From positions 10,850,001 to 10,914,000 of the forward strand of contig CM068748.1 of NCBI GenBank assembly GCA_035084275.1: DNA of 64,000 nt. The letters are read 5' to 3'. This document shows positions 26,001 through 39,984 of the stretch, one piece after another. A program made the position numbers and the translations under genes. Numbering within the stretch: the stretch's first letter is position 1; every line of letters starts with the position of its first letter. The notes beneath the pieces are model-generated. The model saw only the letters and a program-made list of their open reading frames with translations. It was not told the origin of the DNA and did not search any database. This DNA is from Hydrolagus colliei. Lineage: Eukaryota.

Positions 26001-27112
26001 ACACTCTCCTCTGTTTGTCAACTATTATATATTGCAAGACGTTGTGAGCAATTAGACGGTTTTCCTAAAATGGTACAGGAAACACTGCACAAGAATGCAT
26101 TATTCATGTCAATATTTAATTATTTACTATTGTTGGACATATTAATTCAAAGCTACCTTGTTATTTGATGCTGAATATTGTGCCAGAACTCAGCAATAAG
26201 GGGTGAAGTTATATAAACACAAATGATGTTCATGCAGACTTCTCATTTCCCAATCACTCACATGGGAATCTACATAATCAAATGTTTTACATACACTCTT
26301 ACATGGCATAATTCTAATCCAAAATAATATTGTCTATATTATCCAGGTTTTAATGTTCAACACCTTGTTCTTTGAACTGTGGGTAGGTCATTGAACACTC
26401 CTGTTTCCATTGACCAACCAGTTCTGTATGGTGATCCTGAAAAAATCCACTATTCACTAAAGCTAATCCACTAAAGATAATCTAACATGTTATGAATTAC
26501 TAGATTATAGAACCATTACACCTAAACTTTCAATTTAGTTTTAAAATTAAACTTTATAATTACTTCATTGGTGCATGTTGCTTCTCTCCATCAATTCTCT
26601 TCCTAATAATATGTTCAAGATATTTAGTGTGACAAAATAAGGTTACAGTGCTAAATATTTAGTATGGATGTTTAGAAAAAACTTTTAATAAAAAAACTTT
26701 TAATTAAAGTGAGAGCTCATGGGATCCAAGATAAACTTGTGACTTGGATATTAATTGACCAGAAAAGAGGAATCAGAGGGTAGCTGACAATGCTGATACA
26801 TTTAATTGAGCAGCTGAGAGTAGTGAAGTTTGCAATCGGGAGCCCTATAAGTAAGTGCAGCTTTAAATAATAATTAGTAGTGACCATGAGGCAGGCATTA
26901 TAAGTGGACTGTCCAAGTTTGTACAAGGCACCAATTATATTGCAATGCTGGATGTCTTTAATAAAAGCAAACTAGCATTAAATCTGGTAAAATACAAAAT
27001 TCTATTCATAATTACATTTTCAGAAACTTTATTATTTTTATATATGTAAAACATCTTCCTGGAGATTTAATCCCCTCTATTTTCTCTCCCTTCTTGGAAA
27101 AAGTGATTGTTA

Positions 27113-27735
27113 CAACAACAATAAAATTACATTTGTAGAGCGCCTTTCATGTTGGGAGGACATCCCAAGGTGCTGGACAGTCAGGGGTCAGGACCCAAGC
27201 ATGGGGGGAGGAGGGGGCGCGTGCGGGAGAGGAGGGGCAGTCTTGGGATGCGGGAAGGCAAAGAGGTAGGATGGCGGCTGAAGGCACTGTCGAAGAGGAG
27301 GGTCTTGAAACCGGTCTTGGAGGCGAGGGAGGGTGCAAGGCAAAGGGATTTGGAGATGAAGTTCCAATGCATGGGGCATAGAGGCTGAAAGCCTGGCCAC
27401 CGATGGTAGGCTGGGTCAGGCGGGAGATACGGAGCAGGTTGGAGCCTGCTGAAAGGAGGGAGTGGACAGGTTCATTGGGGATCAGCAGGTTAGAGAGGTA
27501 GGACAGGTCAAAGCCGTGGAAGGCCTTGAAAGTGAGGATTAGGATCTTGAATTCGATCCTCTGAGGGATGTGGAGCCAGTGGAGTGGAAGAGGATGGGAG
27601 TGATGGGGTCCCGAAGCCTAGTGCGGGAGACGACATGAGTTACAGAGTTTTTAATGCTCTGCAGCTTGTGTAGGGAAGAATTGGGGAGACTGACAGGGAG
27701 GGAGTTGTCGTAGTCGAGCCACAGACAGCCTTTGG
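27113..27735 (-). mobile_element. 5'-truncated L2 LINE
   Basis: LDYDNSL..SLPNSSLHKLQSIKNSVTHVVSRTRLRDPITPIL (L2 LDYCNS/LQ..QN motifs) through FKTLLFD; (caa)n tail at left. Confidence 0.9.
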
Positions 27736-28084
27736 ACAAAATAGGCTAATTTTATTAAAGCTCAGTGCTAATTTTATAAAATGTAATTATGCCATTAAGT
27801 TGATGTTGGAGACTAAAACATAATACTGTATCTCAAAATGGAAGCAGCAATTCCAGGTTGCAACTAGTGCCTAGTTATAAATATTATGTTTTCATACCCA
27901 TTATATGAAATGAGTATTGCAGGGAAGAAAATATTTGTTGACCCCACACTGAAAGTGTTACCACATTCTACAGTAACTGGAAAGTTGAGAATAGTATAAA
28001 AATCCAACCTAGAGAATGATAAAAGTACTCTGGTTGTTGTCACTGTACAAAAAGCGGCAGATGCAAACAGAAAGTGATCAAAAA

Positions 28085-28415
28085 GAGATTTTGGATAAGG
28101 AACTATCCAGAGAGGCTGAAGGAACTGAGTCTCTATTCATTAGACAACACTAAGGTGGCTTTTTTAAAACACAGAATCAATCGAATCATTGAAGTGGATA
28201 TAGAGGAGTTCTTTGTATGCAACCATTAAAGGAGAACATTTCAATTTAATTACAACCAAGGGAACCAAAGGAAAAAAGAATAAATGCTACTTAAGGAATA
28301 GAGTAACTACCCTACAGACAAAATAGTTAACTTATGGGAAAGACCCATGGATATAAAAAAAATGTATGGAAATCCTTGCAGTACTTTTTAAAAAAAATAG
28401 ATAGCTTTTTTTAGG
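28085..28415 (+). mobile_element. Old CR1 ORF2 3' fragment
   Basis: aactatccagagaggctgaaggaactgagtctctattcattaga (YPERLKELSLYSL) ... atagttaacttatggg. Confidence 0.6.
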
Positions 28416-28829
28416 TTTGAAATTTGCTGGTGGTGATTAACAAGACATATTGTACTCCGTGCAGAAAATCAGCACTCTAAAACTGCTTCAGAAGTTTATG
28501 CTTAACTGAAATAAACCTGCGACAACGCACTATGTTATAAAGACATTTATACAAAGTATATCAAAAGGAAAAATACTTTTTAAATTGAGCAACAATTTAT
28601 TGCCAGTGTGTGGATGTCAAAATGGTCAATTTCTGAAACATCAGTTCAGTTCTGACATGAGGAAGCCACAGTCTTTCTCTAAGTATGTGCAGTGAATGTA
28701 AAGTGTTGATGCAGAATCATGTACTCATTTTAGCAATGTTTGGGATTTCATTCACTCCAAACAATGCCTTCTAATGGTACTCTCCCATAATTCCTTGAGG
28801 TGTAATCTTTCTATGAATGCAGTGAATTT

Positions 28830-28945
28830 GTATGTATTTCACCCACAAATATATAATCAATTCACTTTACAGTATATTCTGTGAAGTACATCTAGAAGAC
28901 GTGAAAAGCGCTATATCAAATGCAAGGATTATTATTATTATATTA
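28830..28945 (+). mobile_element. SINE 3' fragment
   Basis: tttcacccacaaatat...tcaattcactttacagtatattctgtgaag...aagcgctatatcaaatgcaaggattattatt. Confidence 0.85.
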
Positions 28946-29796
28946 TGTTATGTTTGTAACCCCCATTCCTATCTCTCTGCTCTAACCCTGGGGTGCGATT
29001 TGCTTCTGCAATTTAATGCAATCCTTCAGTTGTCAATTTTTTCCCTTGTATTATTTTACGATGGTTTTCCATTTCAATGTGTAAACTTAAAACATGCAGA
29101 GCTAGTTGGTAATTAGGAACAGGAATTGAATGTGTCCCACTGAAGGTTGAGTTCCTCATTCCTAATTCCACATGTAATCTAAACAGTGCGCTTTATGGCC
29201 TTAGGCACTTTACACTCTGGTTGATCTTACAAGAGATGCAGTAGGATGAGCTCAATTTCTTCTTTCTCTCCATGGATAAGGCTACAGTCTAAAAAACCCC
29301 AAGGCCACCCAGCTTCCATTTTAACTGGGGACAATGTCCTCATCAAAATATGTTTTGGCCACTTTTGTTCCATTTGTTTACAAATGTATAATTCAATGAC
29401 ATAAATCTCTTGAGAACATAAAATTGTACTACGTGCATTTCACGTCAATACTAAATAACACACAGGGACTGCTGTGTGTTCTATGAGTTGGTGAATTGTG
29501 ATATGGTAACACTGCAACTGGTAAGCTCAGTGTTCATACTAACTGGAGTGTGTGTACAAACAGCACTGTTGTTTTGCAGTAAGCTACACTGAGAAAAGAG
29601 ATTAAATTAAACTGAATACATTATTCAACAGAGCCTTTTGCTGTTTGAAGTAGGGCTCTGTTCATCAATGCAATGGAAGATGGTTTAAAATATCCTCTCC
29701 AAGGGGTACGCATTTGCACATATCAAATAATACATCACAAGAAGATAAGCAAAGCTAAAGTACTAGATTCAGAAATAAAAATATTCAATGATAAAA

Positions 29797-30096
29797 ATGA
29801 TAATCCTTGCATTTGATATAGCGCCTTATCATTCCTTCTAGACATCTCAAAGCACTTCAAGTAAAGTGAATTGACTGTATATTTTGTGGGTGAAACGCAG
29901 CAGCCTTTTTAAAAAAGTAATAAGTACCCCCATAAAAGCAATCTGCCAATCAGCTAACAACCAGGCTCCTACTTACTGGTAGATATACAGAGGCACGTTG
30001 AGTAAGGAAATTTCATCCCACATTTTGTTCTGTGGGAATTGAACCCAGGTCTCTCTCTTGTGAGGTGAACGCTCTGACCACTGAGCTACAGGACTC
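29797..30096 (-). mobile_element. Younger tRNA-headed SINE
   Basis: Head on the minus strand (+ reads gaattgaacccaggtctctc...gctctgaccactgagctacaggactc); tail taatccttgcatttgatatagcgc. Confidence 0.9.
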
Positions 30097-33000
30097 TGAT
30101 TGTGTAATGTGCACCACAATTGAATGTTCTGTTTATATGTGTGCTGTAACTGTGTGTAATAATGCCAAGTTAGCTGTATCTGCCTGTAGTGGCAGCTCCT
30201 GAAACCATAAACCAGGTTACCAGCAGTTGAATAGGACGAAATGGTGTCCAGTGCATTGATTGTACTAAATCCAGATTTTTAAAAGTAAGAGCAGAGGCTG
30301 CACAGAGAGCAGTGTATGATTCTCACTCCCTCTGCTGAGCAGTCAGGCACAAACCAAACCCAGCAAAAATAATGGATGTTGGCAAAATGATGGAAAATTC
30401 AATGAACTAATTTCACACTGATTTTAAAGGTAACCAGTTCATGAATATCTTTTGAAAGTAAACCTTCCACAGCATGAAGAGGCAATACACTGAAAGGAAT
30501 GAGAGTATCATTTATTGCACAGGCACAGATGTGTTATACATATGCACACAAAGCATACACAAACATATACCATACACACTGCAGAACTTCAATCCTCAAT
30601 ACCCAATAAATTTATCTCTGAAAATGCAAAGCTGAATTCTTTATCTTCTGAAATTGTGCTGGTAAAACTGTTTCATTGTACATTACAGAGCCTGAAACTT
30701 CAAACTGAATAGTTGTCATTTTTTGACAATATCCTTTTACCTTGGGGTGGGTGCTGGATTGAAATCCGACTCTCATAGAATGAATGAAAGCCTTTTTGCT
30801 CTTTACTGAGTGACTGAATGGTATACAGAGAATCAGCCATGTCATTTCACTTATGGTACCTGTGGGAATCAGGCTTGTGATAATATTCATCTGCACAAAG
30901 AGAAAATCATAGAAATTAGTTATGGTTTGAAGCATTCTAGGGCAAGAAACAGCTGTTGAAAATTTGAATCCATATTATGGACAATAATTTGTTGTCATTG
31001 TAACTTGTAGCACTGTTACAATACTCCTGAATATAACTGTTTATCATGTCTGTGTGATGCACATCTAGATATCTACAAAAGTTCAACATTCAAGAAACCC
31101 TGTTGTTCGAACCCTGTTGTGACCATTGCATTTAAACTCCATTATTGAATGCTAAGATTTGATCTCACAAAATGTGATAGCGTCAGTGTGTAGAATAGGA
31201 GAGAATAACCCCAAAGTACTTTTGAGATATTGAAAAGCCTATTTGGACTAAAAGCCTTAGATTGTAGTTCCAGTATATGAATTCCTGGTTTAGTTAATAA
31301 AAACAAGTGGTGAGCTGATGTGATACTAGTGTCCTGCGTTGCTTGCTGGTTCCTCAGTTTTACCAATGCATGAACATTGATGATGAATGTGCATCAGGTC
31401 ATTGGCTGCGATGAAATAGCATCTTAACTACACCAGCCAGTTACCTTGACTGACATATCAATCTGTCAGAATTGCTGGAGGTAATCATTGAAAGGATTAC
31501 CTGAATGCAAGAAGTTTACAGCCATGATTGCTTGTTGTAGACCTGCTGATGCTTGATAATGCTGGTAGATAGCACTGCACTTGGATTGATATAAGGATTT
31601 TCTTGTGTCAGGTGAAAATTCTATTATTCTGTATTTATTTGCAAGTGGTCATTCAATTGCAGTTGATCATTACAAAGGACATTTAATTATTTTCCAGCTT
31701 GCCTCCACCATTATTGGTACTGCCTGTTCCCAACCCTCTATCAGGCTGACTGATGGCTTTCTATTCCTTCGCCAAATTATCTCACCTTTGCTCTGGCCCT
31801 CCCCAGCATTTTGGCAGAGATTAAGAGGATCCTAAAGTCATTTTGCAACCCATTTTACCAATGCAGAATACACCAACAATGGTGTACAAAGAAAACTGGT
31901 CAGTTGCACAGCTGGGTTGGGTTGTAGCTGCTGTGATAAAATGTTTGTGGCATGACATTCAATAGAATGTTTCTGCTTTGGGAATACAATAATGAATGGA
32001 GGATTAATTTATCATGGAGTTTAACACATTTAGCAGTGTAGAAAATACCCCCATCCTATGAGATCATTTCAGATCACCATTAATTGAACACTTGGTCTTG
32101 GAAAACCATGTGAAATAGGGGCACTGAGGTGAGACTGTACCTCTGTCAAGACTGTAGCAATGTGTATAGGCAGAGTTATTTTTTGGAATACACTGCAGGT
32201 TAAAAAATTTAAATGTCGGTATTTAATGGTAATAATAATAATTGCATTAATGTTGCACCTTTCACAAATAATAATCATCTCAATATACATTCCAAAAAAA
32301 GGAAATGAAAGACAAACCCAACAGCTAATCTGTGCCAACAACATCCAAATAAATGGGGGTAAATAGTCAATTATTTCCATTCCCGATCAATTTTATAGTA
32401 GGAAATATTTTTATTTATTTATTTGTTCTAAAGGTCTACTTCAATCCTCACGCTGATTTTGTAGCAGACAAAGGCTGAAATTAGTTTGCTTGGAAGCAGA
32501 CAGATTGTCTGCAGCACAGACTCTACAAGTTATTCTTTATACTATAACTTATCACCTGAAGGTATGAGAAAAATTCTGATTTTACTTTCTAGGAGATTCT
32601 TGGCATGACCTTGACACCACTCGTGATCCTCCTAATAATAAGATTCTGAACTCAAGGAGGAGAATCACTTATTGTTTTATAATTATAACAAAGTTTAATT
32701 TCCTGAATTCTTTCACTAAAACAAATCCAAACTTGCAATTGGGGGTTCCTTCCTGTAACTGATAATATGCCACTCCAGTCCACAGAGTGATCTACTAACA
32801 TAGCAGAGCTTCTGTACATTGTTAGGAATTCTAAAGGGATTCTTTATTAAGAAATCCTGCAAATTGTACTCCAGTATTTCATTCACATTGCATGTGTGAA
32901 TCTATTTTGTCACTAGAAAGGTTGAGCAATTAATTTTTTTGTGTTCAAGCTCATGTTTCGTCTCCCTATGAGTGAAGCCAGGCCCCTTATTCAACTTGGT

Positions 33001-33779
33001 TTTAGCATGACCTTGATAGCTTCTTGCTTAGGGGTCTCCATCAAACAACATCAACAGCTTTTATCTGCCACTGCCCCCATTGCACAATTTTATTCTTACA
33101 TTCATACTCAAGAAGTGTTCTGTTGAATTTTTAAATCTTTCCAATTTTTAATAGAGACCAATAGGTAGCTATTAGAAAATCATATCACCATTGTTTACAA
33201 GAGGTACCTTTTCCTTCACTTCTGTATAGAATTGTTCCATTTGGAGAGAGAAAACGAGAACAATTAGAACAATTACATTCTTATATTGCCTGCATGTGTG
33301 TTTTTGTATCTTGATTAATTCTGCTGTTGCCATTCAAACATGAACAAGATGTTCCCAGAGAAACAGTAATGTATGCATTTGAAGTGAATTTGTTACTGGG
33401 CTATTTAATTTTGTTGTGTACAATAGAATTGAATAGCAAAGCAGTATTAAAGAAATGCTGTCTTTTCATTCCTGAGATCCAGCTCCATGTCCAATCAGAT
33501 ATAAGGGCACTTAATGTTTCAACTAGCTAGCTCAGTGTTTTGCAAAACTGTCCTTTGACTTTGTGATCTTGAGTTTGAATCCTAGCAACACAGATGGATT
33601 TGAGAATTCCATGTTAGAACACAACCTTTCACCTCTGAGCACTGAAGGGATAAAGATCGCCTCTCTATGATAAACATTGTTTTAAAAAAACTATACATCA
33701 GAAAACACTATTCTTTGACTTCTGGGAACCGGATCCCACTCTTTGCTAAGTGGACTCAGTGGCAGATTCCTCTCATATA

Positions 33780-33895
33780 ATCATAGAATCGTACAGCACA
33801 AAAGGAGGCTATCTAGTCTGTGCCGGCTCTTTGAAAAGAGCAACTCAATCCCACTGCCCAGCTCTCCCCTTAACCTAACAGACCTGTTCTTACTA
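33780..33895 (-). mobile_element. CR1 LINE 3' end
   Basis: atcatagaatcgtacagcacaaaaggaggc...ctgtgccggctctttgaaaagagc...tcccactgcccagctctcccc. Confidence 0.8.
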
Positions 33896-33943
33896 AATAA
33901 AGATCTTCTATGGATCTTATGCATACACACATGCATGTACAGT

Positions 33944-33944
33944 G

Positions 33945-33984
<40 letters not shown>
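33944..33984. repeat. Compound microsatellite (TA)n(GA)n
   Basis: About 10 TA units followed directly by about 10 GA units. Confidence 0.95.
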
Positions 33985-34754
33985 TGTGTAGACAGTTTGA
34001 TAAAGCACATCAGAACCAATGGTGGCCTCTCTTTACCAGTGTTGCCAATTCTTCAACTTTGTTTAACCTAAGCTTAAGACACTCACAATAACACAATATC
34101 GTTCATTTTGGATGGAGTGATTGCTTTCCCTAATAGACAAGAGGACACACACCAAGATTTGTCCTGTTATGAATCTTCTAGAAGTAATAATATCTTAAGG
34201 GATTGAAGTGGGAGCTTTGTTTTTTAAAAATACTTGTATACTTGTATAACAAAATAAATGGCAGCTGATTGCATCTGATTGCTCTAGAGAATTGGTCTCT
34301 CAAAAGTAAGCCTTTGTGTTTATATTAGAACAGTGGAATATACTTGTCAGTTACGGCAAACCATTCACACCATTGAGGGTAAAGCTAAAGTGGAATCTAT
34401 CTAACAGAAAGCAATGAATATTATATGTGATTGTAATGCAATGTGTTCGATAGCATTGGAATCACATAATTACAGAGGTGTAATGTGTTCAAAGCTGTCT
34501 ACATTCCTTCCGCCACTTGGTTCCGTCCAAATGCAAATAAATGCATAAAACAGTAATAGAATTCAGCCCATGTAAAAAAGAGAAAAGGAAACTCCAAATG
34601 CCTAGAGGAAATGGCTTCCTATTTATTTAAGTTTTTAAATAATGTTGGAAGGATGTATTGTGACCATGTTTTGGTTTCTTTTGTAGCATAAATATTGAAG
34701 CACAAAATTCCAATCATAATTAACTTAACCATGATAGTTAATAATATAATAACT

Positions 34755-35118
34755 GGACTCTTACAGCTTAGCGGTTAGAACACTCGCTTCATAAGTGAGA
34801 GGGTCTGGGTTCAATTCCCAAACAGGGAGAAATGTTGGACAAGTTTCCTTACTCCACATGCCTCTGTTCACCTAGCAGTAAGTAGGAATCTATTTGTTAG
34901 TTAATTGGCAGATCGCTTTTTCGGGGGTAAAAATACCTCACAAAAAATTTAATAGCAATTTGGTAACTTAATCCACCTGTGAGACACTGCTGTGTGCAAT
35001 TGGCTGCTGCATTTTACCCCCAAAATATACTCTATAGTCAATTCATTTTTAAAGCGCTTTGAGACGTTCAGAATATGTGAAAAGCGCTATATCAAACGCA
35101 AGGATTATTTTATTATTA
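34755..35118 (+). mobile_element. Younger tRNA-headed SINE, full length
   Basis: cagcttagcggttagaac, gggttcaattcc, caagtttccttactccacatgcctctgttcacctagcagtaagtagg, gtgcaattggctgctgc, aagcgctttgagacg...aagcgctatatcaaacgcaaggattatt. Confidence 0.9.
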
Positions 35119-36074
35119 CTGTTTTGAACAAACCACTGAAGTTAACAGTGTTAAGGAGACTGTCATTAACCTGTCATTGGGTGAGAGTGTCATTAACCCA
35201 AGGGCACTTCAGGAACTATATATTAATTTAGCTCCCTCATCGTCGGATCAGTATCTTTTTTAAGCAATTATCCTTGATGGCATTATCATGCATTCTTTAA
35301 GTATAAATATTCAGAGAGCAGACTCATGAGAACAGAGAAAAGCAACAGCACGTCAGTGTCGATCACAAGTCTCTGCAATAATAGCTTGATTCTTAAAAGG
35401 GGGCCCAATGGTGAGACTGTTTCAGGTTCTTCTGGGTAGCAATAACAAATTTATAACCTGCAGTATGGAATTGAAGTGGTAAGAACAATTTTCTTGGTGA
35501 ACTGCAGCCAATGGACACTTTAAAAAAATCTAATTTGGGTCATCATCCAGTCAACACATGAAATATTCATTCAAACACCATGGTTGACTAGTGAAAGTAA
35601 TAGTATTCAAAGCCAAGGCAAGCCTGTGCATTCCATACGTAATCCCTGTCTGGGGATTTTCAAAGTGGCAGTTAGTCATATCTAGAAAGAGGTACGAGGC
35701 ACTTTATGTGACAGTGAGATGAATTTTAGAATACCCAAAAGGGCCTACACAGTTCCCAATGACTCAATGTCTACATATATGCAAAACTCTCAATGTATTC
35801 CTGCAAGAAGGAAAAAAGATCTTCTATTTTGCAAGCTATTAGATCTTAATAGCCTATCATTGCATTGCATTATTTTAGTATTTCCTCAACATTCAAAAAT
35901 TCTTTTCAGAATCCTACAGAAATCTAGGACAGAAGAAAGAAGTCAAACAACAGTGGAAAATATTGGATATGTAACAGACAACAATGGGATAAAGATAATA
36001 AATAATAGTTTGATAGATGAATTGGAGTTACAGATAGAGTTAATACATAACTATGTCAGTTTATACAGTTAATT

Positions 36075-36435
36075 GATGGTGTTTAGAGCATTCACCTCTC
36101 AAGTGAGATACCTGGGTCTACTCTCAGCAAGGCAAAACATTGGCAAGTTTCTTTACTCCACACACACACTTCCGTTTACCAAGCAATAAGTAGGCTGTTA
36201 GTCGATTGGCGGATCACTTTCCGGGGAAAATATTCCCCCCCCCCCAATAATAATTTGATCACTCAATCCACACCCGTCTACAGAACATTGCTGTGTGCAC
36301 TTGGCTACCACGTTTCGCCCATAAATATACAGTCAATTCATTTAATAGTACAGTATATTCTATGAAGCTTTTTGAGACGTCTAGAAGATGTGAAACGCAC
36401 TTTATCAGATGCAAGGATTATTATTATTATTATTA
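36075..36435 (+). mobile_element. Younger tRNA-headed SINE, full length, ending ~130 bp upstream of exon 9
   Basis: Same head/body/tail as the 34755 copy; (att)n tail. Confidence 0.88.
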
Positions 36436-36564
36436 ACATTTTAAAAATGTACTCATTCCATTATGTTCCATATGTGAAACTATCTAACTATAAATCAACG
36501 AGCCGTGCATAATATCATTTATTTGGTTACACCTTTATCTTTTTTTCTTTTCCTCGCCATGCAG

Positions 36565-36666
36565 TTGGCACTGTGGGATCCAGTGAAAGGACTGAATGGG
36601 AGTCTACAGGAAAGACGCCTGGAGAGTGACATGCAAGGAGTCACTCTGAAAGTAGTCACTGTCCTG
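36565..36666 (+). CDS. GRID1: GRID1 exon 9 (ATD-LBD linker): [34 protein letters not shown]
   Basis: Polypyrimidine tract + atgcag acceptor, CTG/gtaaga donor; 102 nt. Confidence 0.96.
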
Positions 36667-37942
36667 GTAAGAGAGATCAGTATGTTTAAAGAAAGAGAGA
36701 ACATTTCATGATTGGATTTTTATCAAACCTTTTACAATGCATTGTCGGCAACTCTATGGAAAATGCTATCTCTGCACTAACTGGCTTTTTATGTTGTCTG
36801 CTAATATACTTTCTGCTGAAATTCATTAATAATACAGTATTGAAGTTACTCAAACACCAGAATAGCTGTAGTACTGTGATATTAAGCATAAATTAATAAA
36901 TATTAAAAACTGAATTTATAGTAAAACATTTGAAGTAATTATTTTAAATTCTTTCACCTCTAGTATATCTTGCCAATTCGCTCTTTGTTTAACTTATTTT
37001 TTTTCAAAATCTATTCTACCTTTATAATAAATAATTGATCGTTTTTATTAACATTTAATAACTTGCTTACCAATTTCCTTTTCCTCTTTGGAATCAGCTA
37101 CAAGTTTGTTTCAAGAATGATTTTTGTTGCCTAATATTTTATACATTGTGGAATCCTATTGAGCATTCAGTGATTTTATTGTGCTTGGTTAAGCATTATT
37201 CTTGGATTACATTTAACACTGATTTTGCATAAAAATGTCCAGTTTGGATTATTTTTGAGCTCATAGTCTAGGGGGAGACTCCAAAACAATGTTGAGAGAG
37301 CTCTTGAGAGTCACCTGAAAATCGCTAGCTGAGTTAACATTGCACTTAAAGGATTCAAACTGGGAAATTAAGTAACGCAATCTGTAAAAACAGTGTCTTT
37401 CCCTGCAGGATCCAAGGTTACAAACCCAAACAGGGATGTAGCTCCTGCCTCTCTTCCATGGAGTGGTATAGATTTAACCCTGTCACCTCTGTGATAAAAT
37501 GATCTTTATTTAAGTGGGGAATACTTTGCACCTTCAGTCTTGGAAGCCATTTATTTCATAGCTGTTTGTGGGACATTGCTGTGCACAATTGTCCTGAAAC
37601 ATTTACCTACAAATGCATACAATCCGTTTTACAGTAATCTCTGTAAAGTGCTTTGAGACATCATTCGGGTATTGTTAAGGGGCTATAGCTGGTGCAGGGA
37701 TTACTATTATTGGATGAATTACTCATCTTTGATAGTTTGAGGGAGATGTCGTAACGTAATGCATTATTTGAAGCTGATACACTCTGAGTTAATAACTTTT
37801 TACTTTTTCCCTCACTGTTTGGTGACCAGTTCCCTGATATCAACATCAATCATTCTTCATATTTCATAAATCGATGGACAGGATAGTAATCCTTTCAAAT
37901 TATAGGATTGTAATAAGTGATAATAATGCAGTCCCGTCTCAT

Positions 37943-37990
37943 CCAACCCACCCCCACCCCACCCACCCACCCACCCCCGCCCCCGTCCGC
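37943..37990. repeat. C-rich low-complexity tract (CCCA)n
   Basis: ccaacccacccccaccccacccacccacccacccccgcccccgtccgcc. Confidence 0.85.
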
Positions 37991-38151
37991 CATTGCAAGG
38001 AATACTGGTGAATTACTTCTTTAAAGAGGTATACATATTTAAGTATTAAAAGGAGACCTAGAATAGTGTAGGTTTCACTATTTGAACTTGTGTTCAGGTC
38101 ACTGTGTTAGATTTTTAAAGTATGTTTCATATATCATGTTTGTGCCCGCAG

Positions 38152-38349
38152 GAGGAACCCTTCGTCATGGTGGCTGAAAATATCCTGGGTCAGCCCAAAC
38201 GTTACAAGGGCTTTTCTATCGATGTTCTTGATGCCCTGTCAAAGAACCTTGGTTTCAAGTATGAGATTTATCAAGCCACCGATCATAAATATGGGAACCA
38301 GATTCCCAATGGCTCCTGGAATGGAATGATCGGTGAATTGATTAACAAG
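38152..38349 (+). CDS. GRID1: GRID1 exon 10 (LBD S1): [66 protein letters not shown]
   Basis: cccgcag acceptor, AAG/gtaagc donor; 198 nt; EEPFVM and WNGMIGEL iGluR motifs. Confidence 0.98.
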
Positions 38350-39984
38350 GTAAGCATGGTTTAGTCAATCCAAACTGGATTAAAACACCTCTGTAGATTT
38401 GATCTGCCCAACTCTATTTCCCCCCAGCACCCCTCTCCCCTACTTTCAAAATCCATCTTAAAAAAAACCCTGCAGCCACCTCTCCCAGTTTAGCCTCCTA
38501 CCCTGTCTTTGTAAAACACTTGAAGGCATTCTCCTTACACAAACAGCATTATTCAAGAGCATACTGTTATTCGAACATCAGCCTTAATGTTCCTGATTAA
38601 GACTTTTCTCACAAAGATAAACCAATCCCCTACTATTTATATTAAATGAAATATAAAAGAAATATCCAGCACCTGTTTCGCTCCATTAGGTGCAGGGCCC
38701 AGTACCATGTATTTGGCATTGCTGGTTCACTCTCCTGCAGTTCCTCTCTCACATCTTCAAGGACTCCTGACATTATATTGTTTGCATAATTTGTCAATAC
38801 AAATTCAATACAAATGACTATTATTGACAAAATTATTCTACCTTAAAAGGAAAATATGTTCCTTTCACAATATTTTTCAAATTTGTGTTTGGTTTGTTCA
38901 ATAATTCATTCGAAGCAAATGAATATCCAGCAACAAATGTACCTCCCACTTACTGAAATGGATGTACAGTTATTTGGCTTCGTATTTTTCAGGGGTGCTT
39001 GTCAAGTATATGACTAACAATAGCAGAGGCCAGGATCTAATCCTGACTTTAGTTTTTTCTTTGTGTTTGTTTTCACCCACGTTGTACTCTGGTGCGAAAC
39101 AACTCAAACACAGAACTCCCTGATTTTCTTATTCATTCAGCTGTCAGTAGCGAGTGCAGTATCAACATCTGCTGGCACAAAGCTCCTAATGACCTCACCA
39201 TGGGAAGCTCTGTAGGTGGAAAGCTTCTACTTTTACAACAAAAACTTGCTTTGACTGTAAAGTGATAAATTTTGATTTAATACTCATGCAAAGAACTAGG
39301 GGATTGAGTTTACCACCTCATTAGCACCAAGTGCTAAGTGATCAGCACTGAGCACCACAGGGATGAAGCTTCTGCCAGGGTTTCATGTAGATTTTGGCTG
39401 GATTAATAGTAATTACTACAAGCCACCAATTTTCCACATTAATGCTACAGCTGCGTTACAACACTGCTACAGGCAACACTGTTGTAAGATAAACAAAGTA
39501 GAGCAAACTTCTCATCAAGGCCTTGTACCCAAAACATGATTATGCTGCTGAGAAAGGTAGAAAATAACATACTGGTTTCGATAGTCTAAAGTAAACATAA
39601 TTCCATAAAGTCTAAAGTTTTTAGTATAAATGAATTGTCCAGTGTTATGTATTGTATAGTGGAGTTGGTGGAAATTAGAGTACAGTACAAGATTTGATAA
39701 AGGTCAATACTTGGCAGGTGGAAAGATTTGGAGTGACAGAGGCTTTATTTAGAAGTCATGCAAATGGCAAGAGTAACCGTGCCCAGCATTTAAATGCTTT
39801 ATATGCATGTTTGAGATCAACTAATAAGCCACAGGACACAATACCTATTACATAGGGTGACTGGGGAGATGGTTGTCAATAGTGAATTACCTAGGAATTT
39901 GTTTGTAAAATGTATTAGGTTTTGGAATCACGGTTTTCTTTCTCCATCTGTTTTATTCTATTTGGCGTTTTGATTGAGCCAGGT

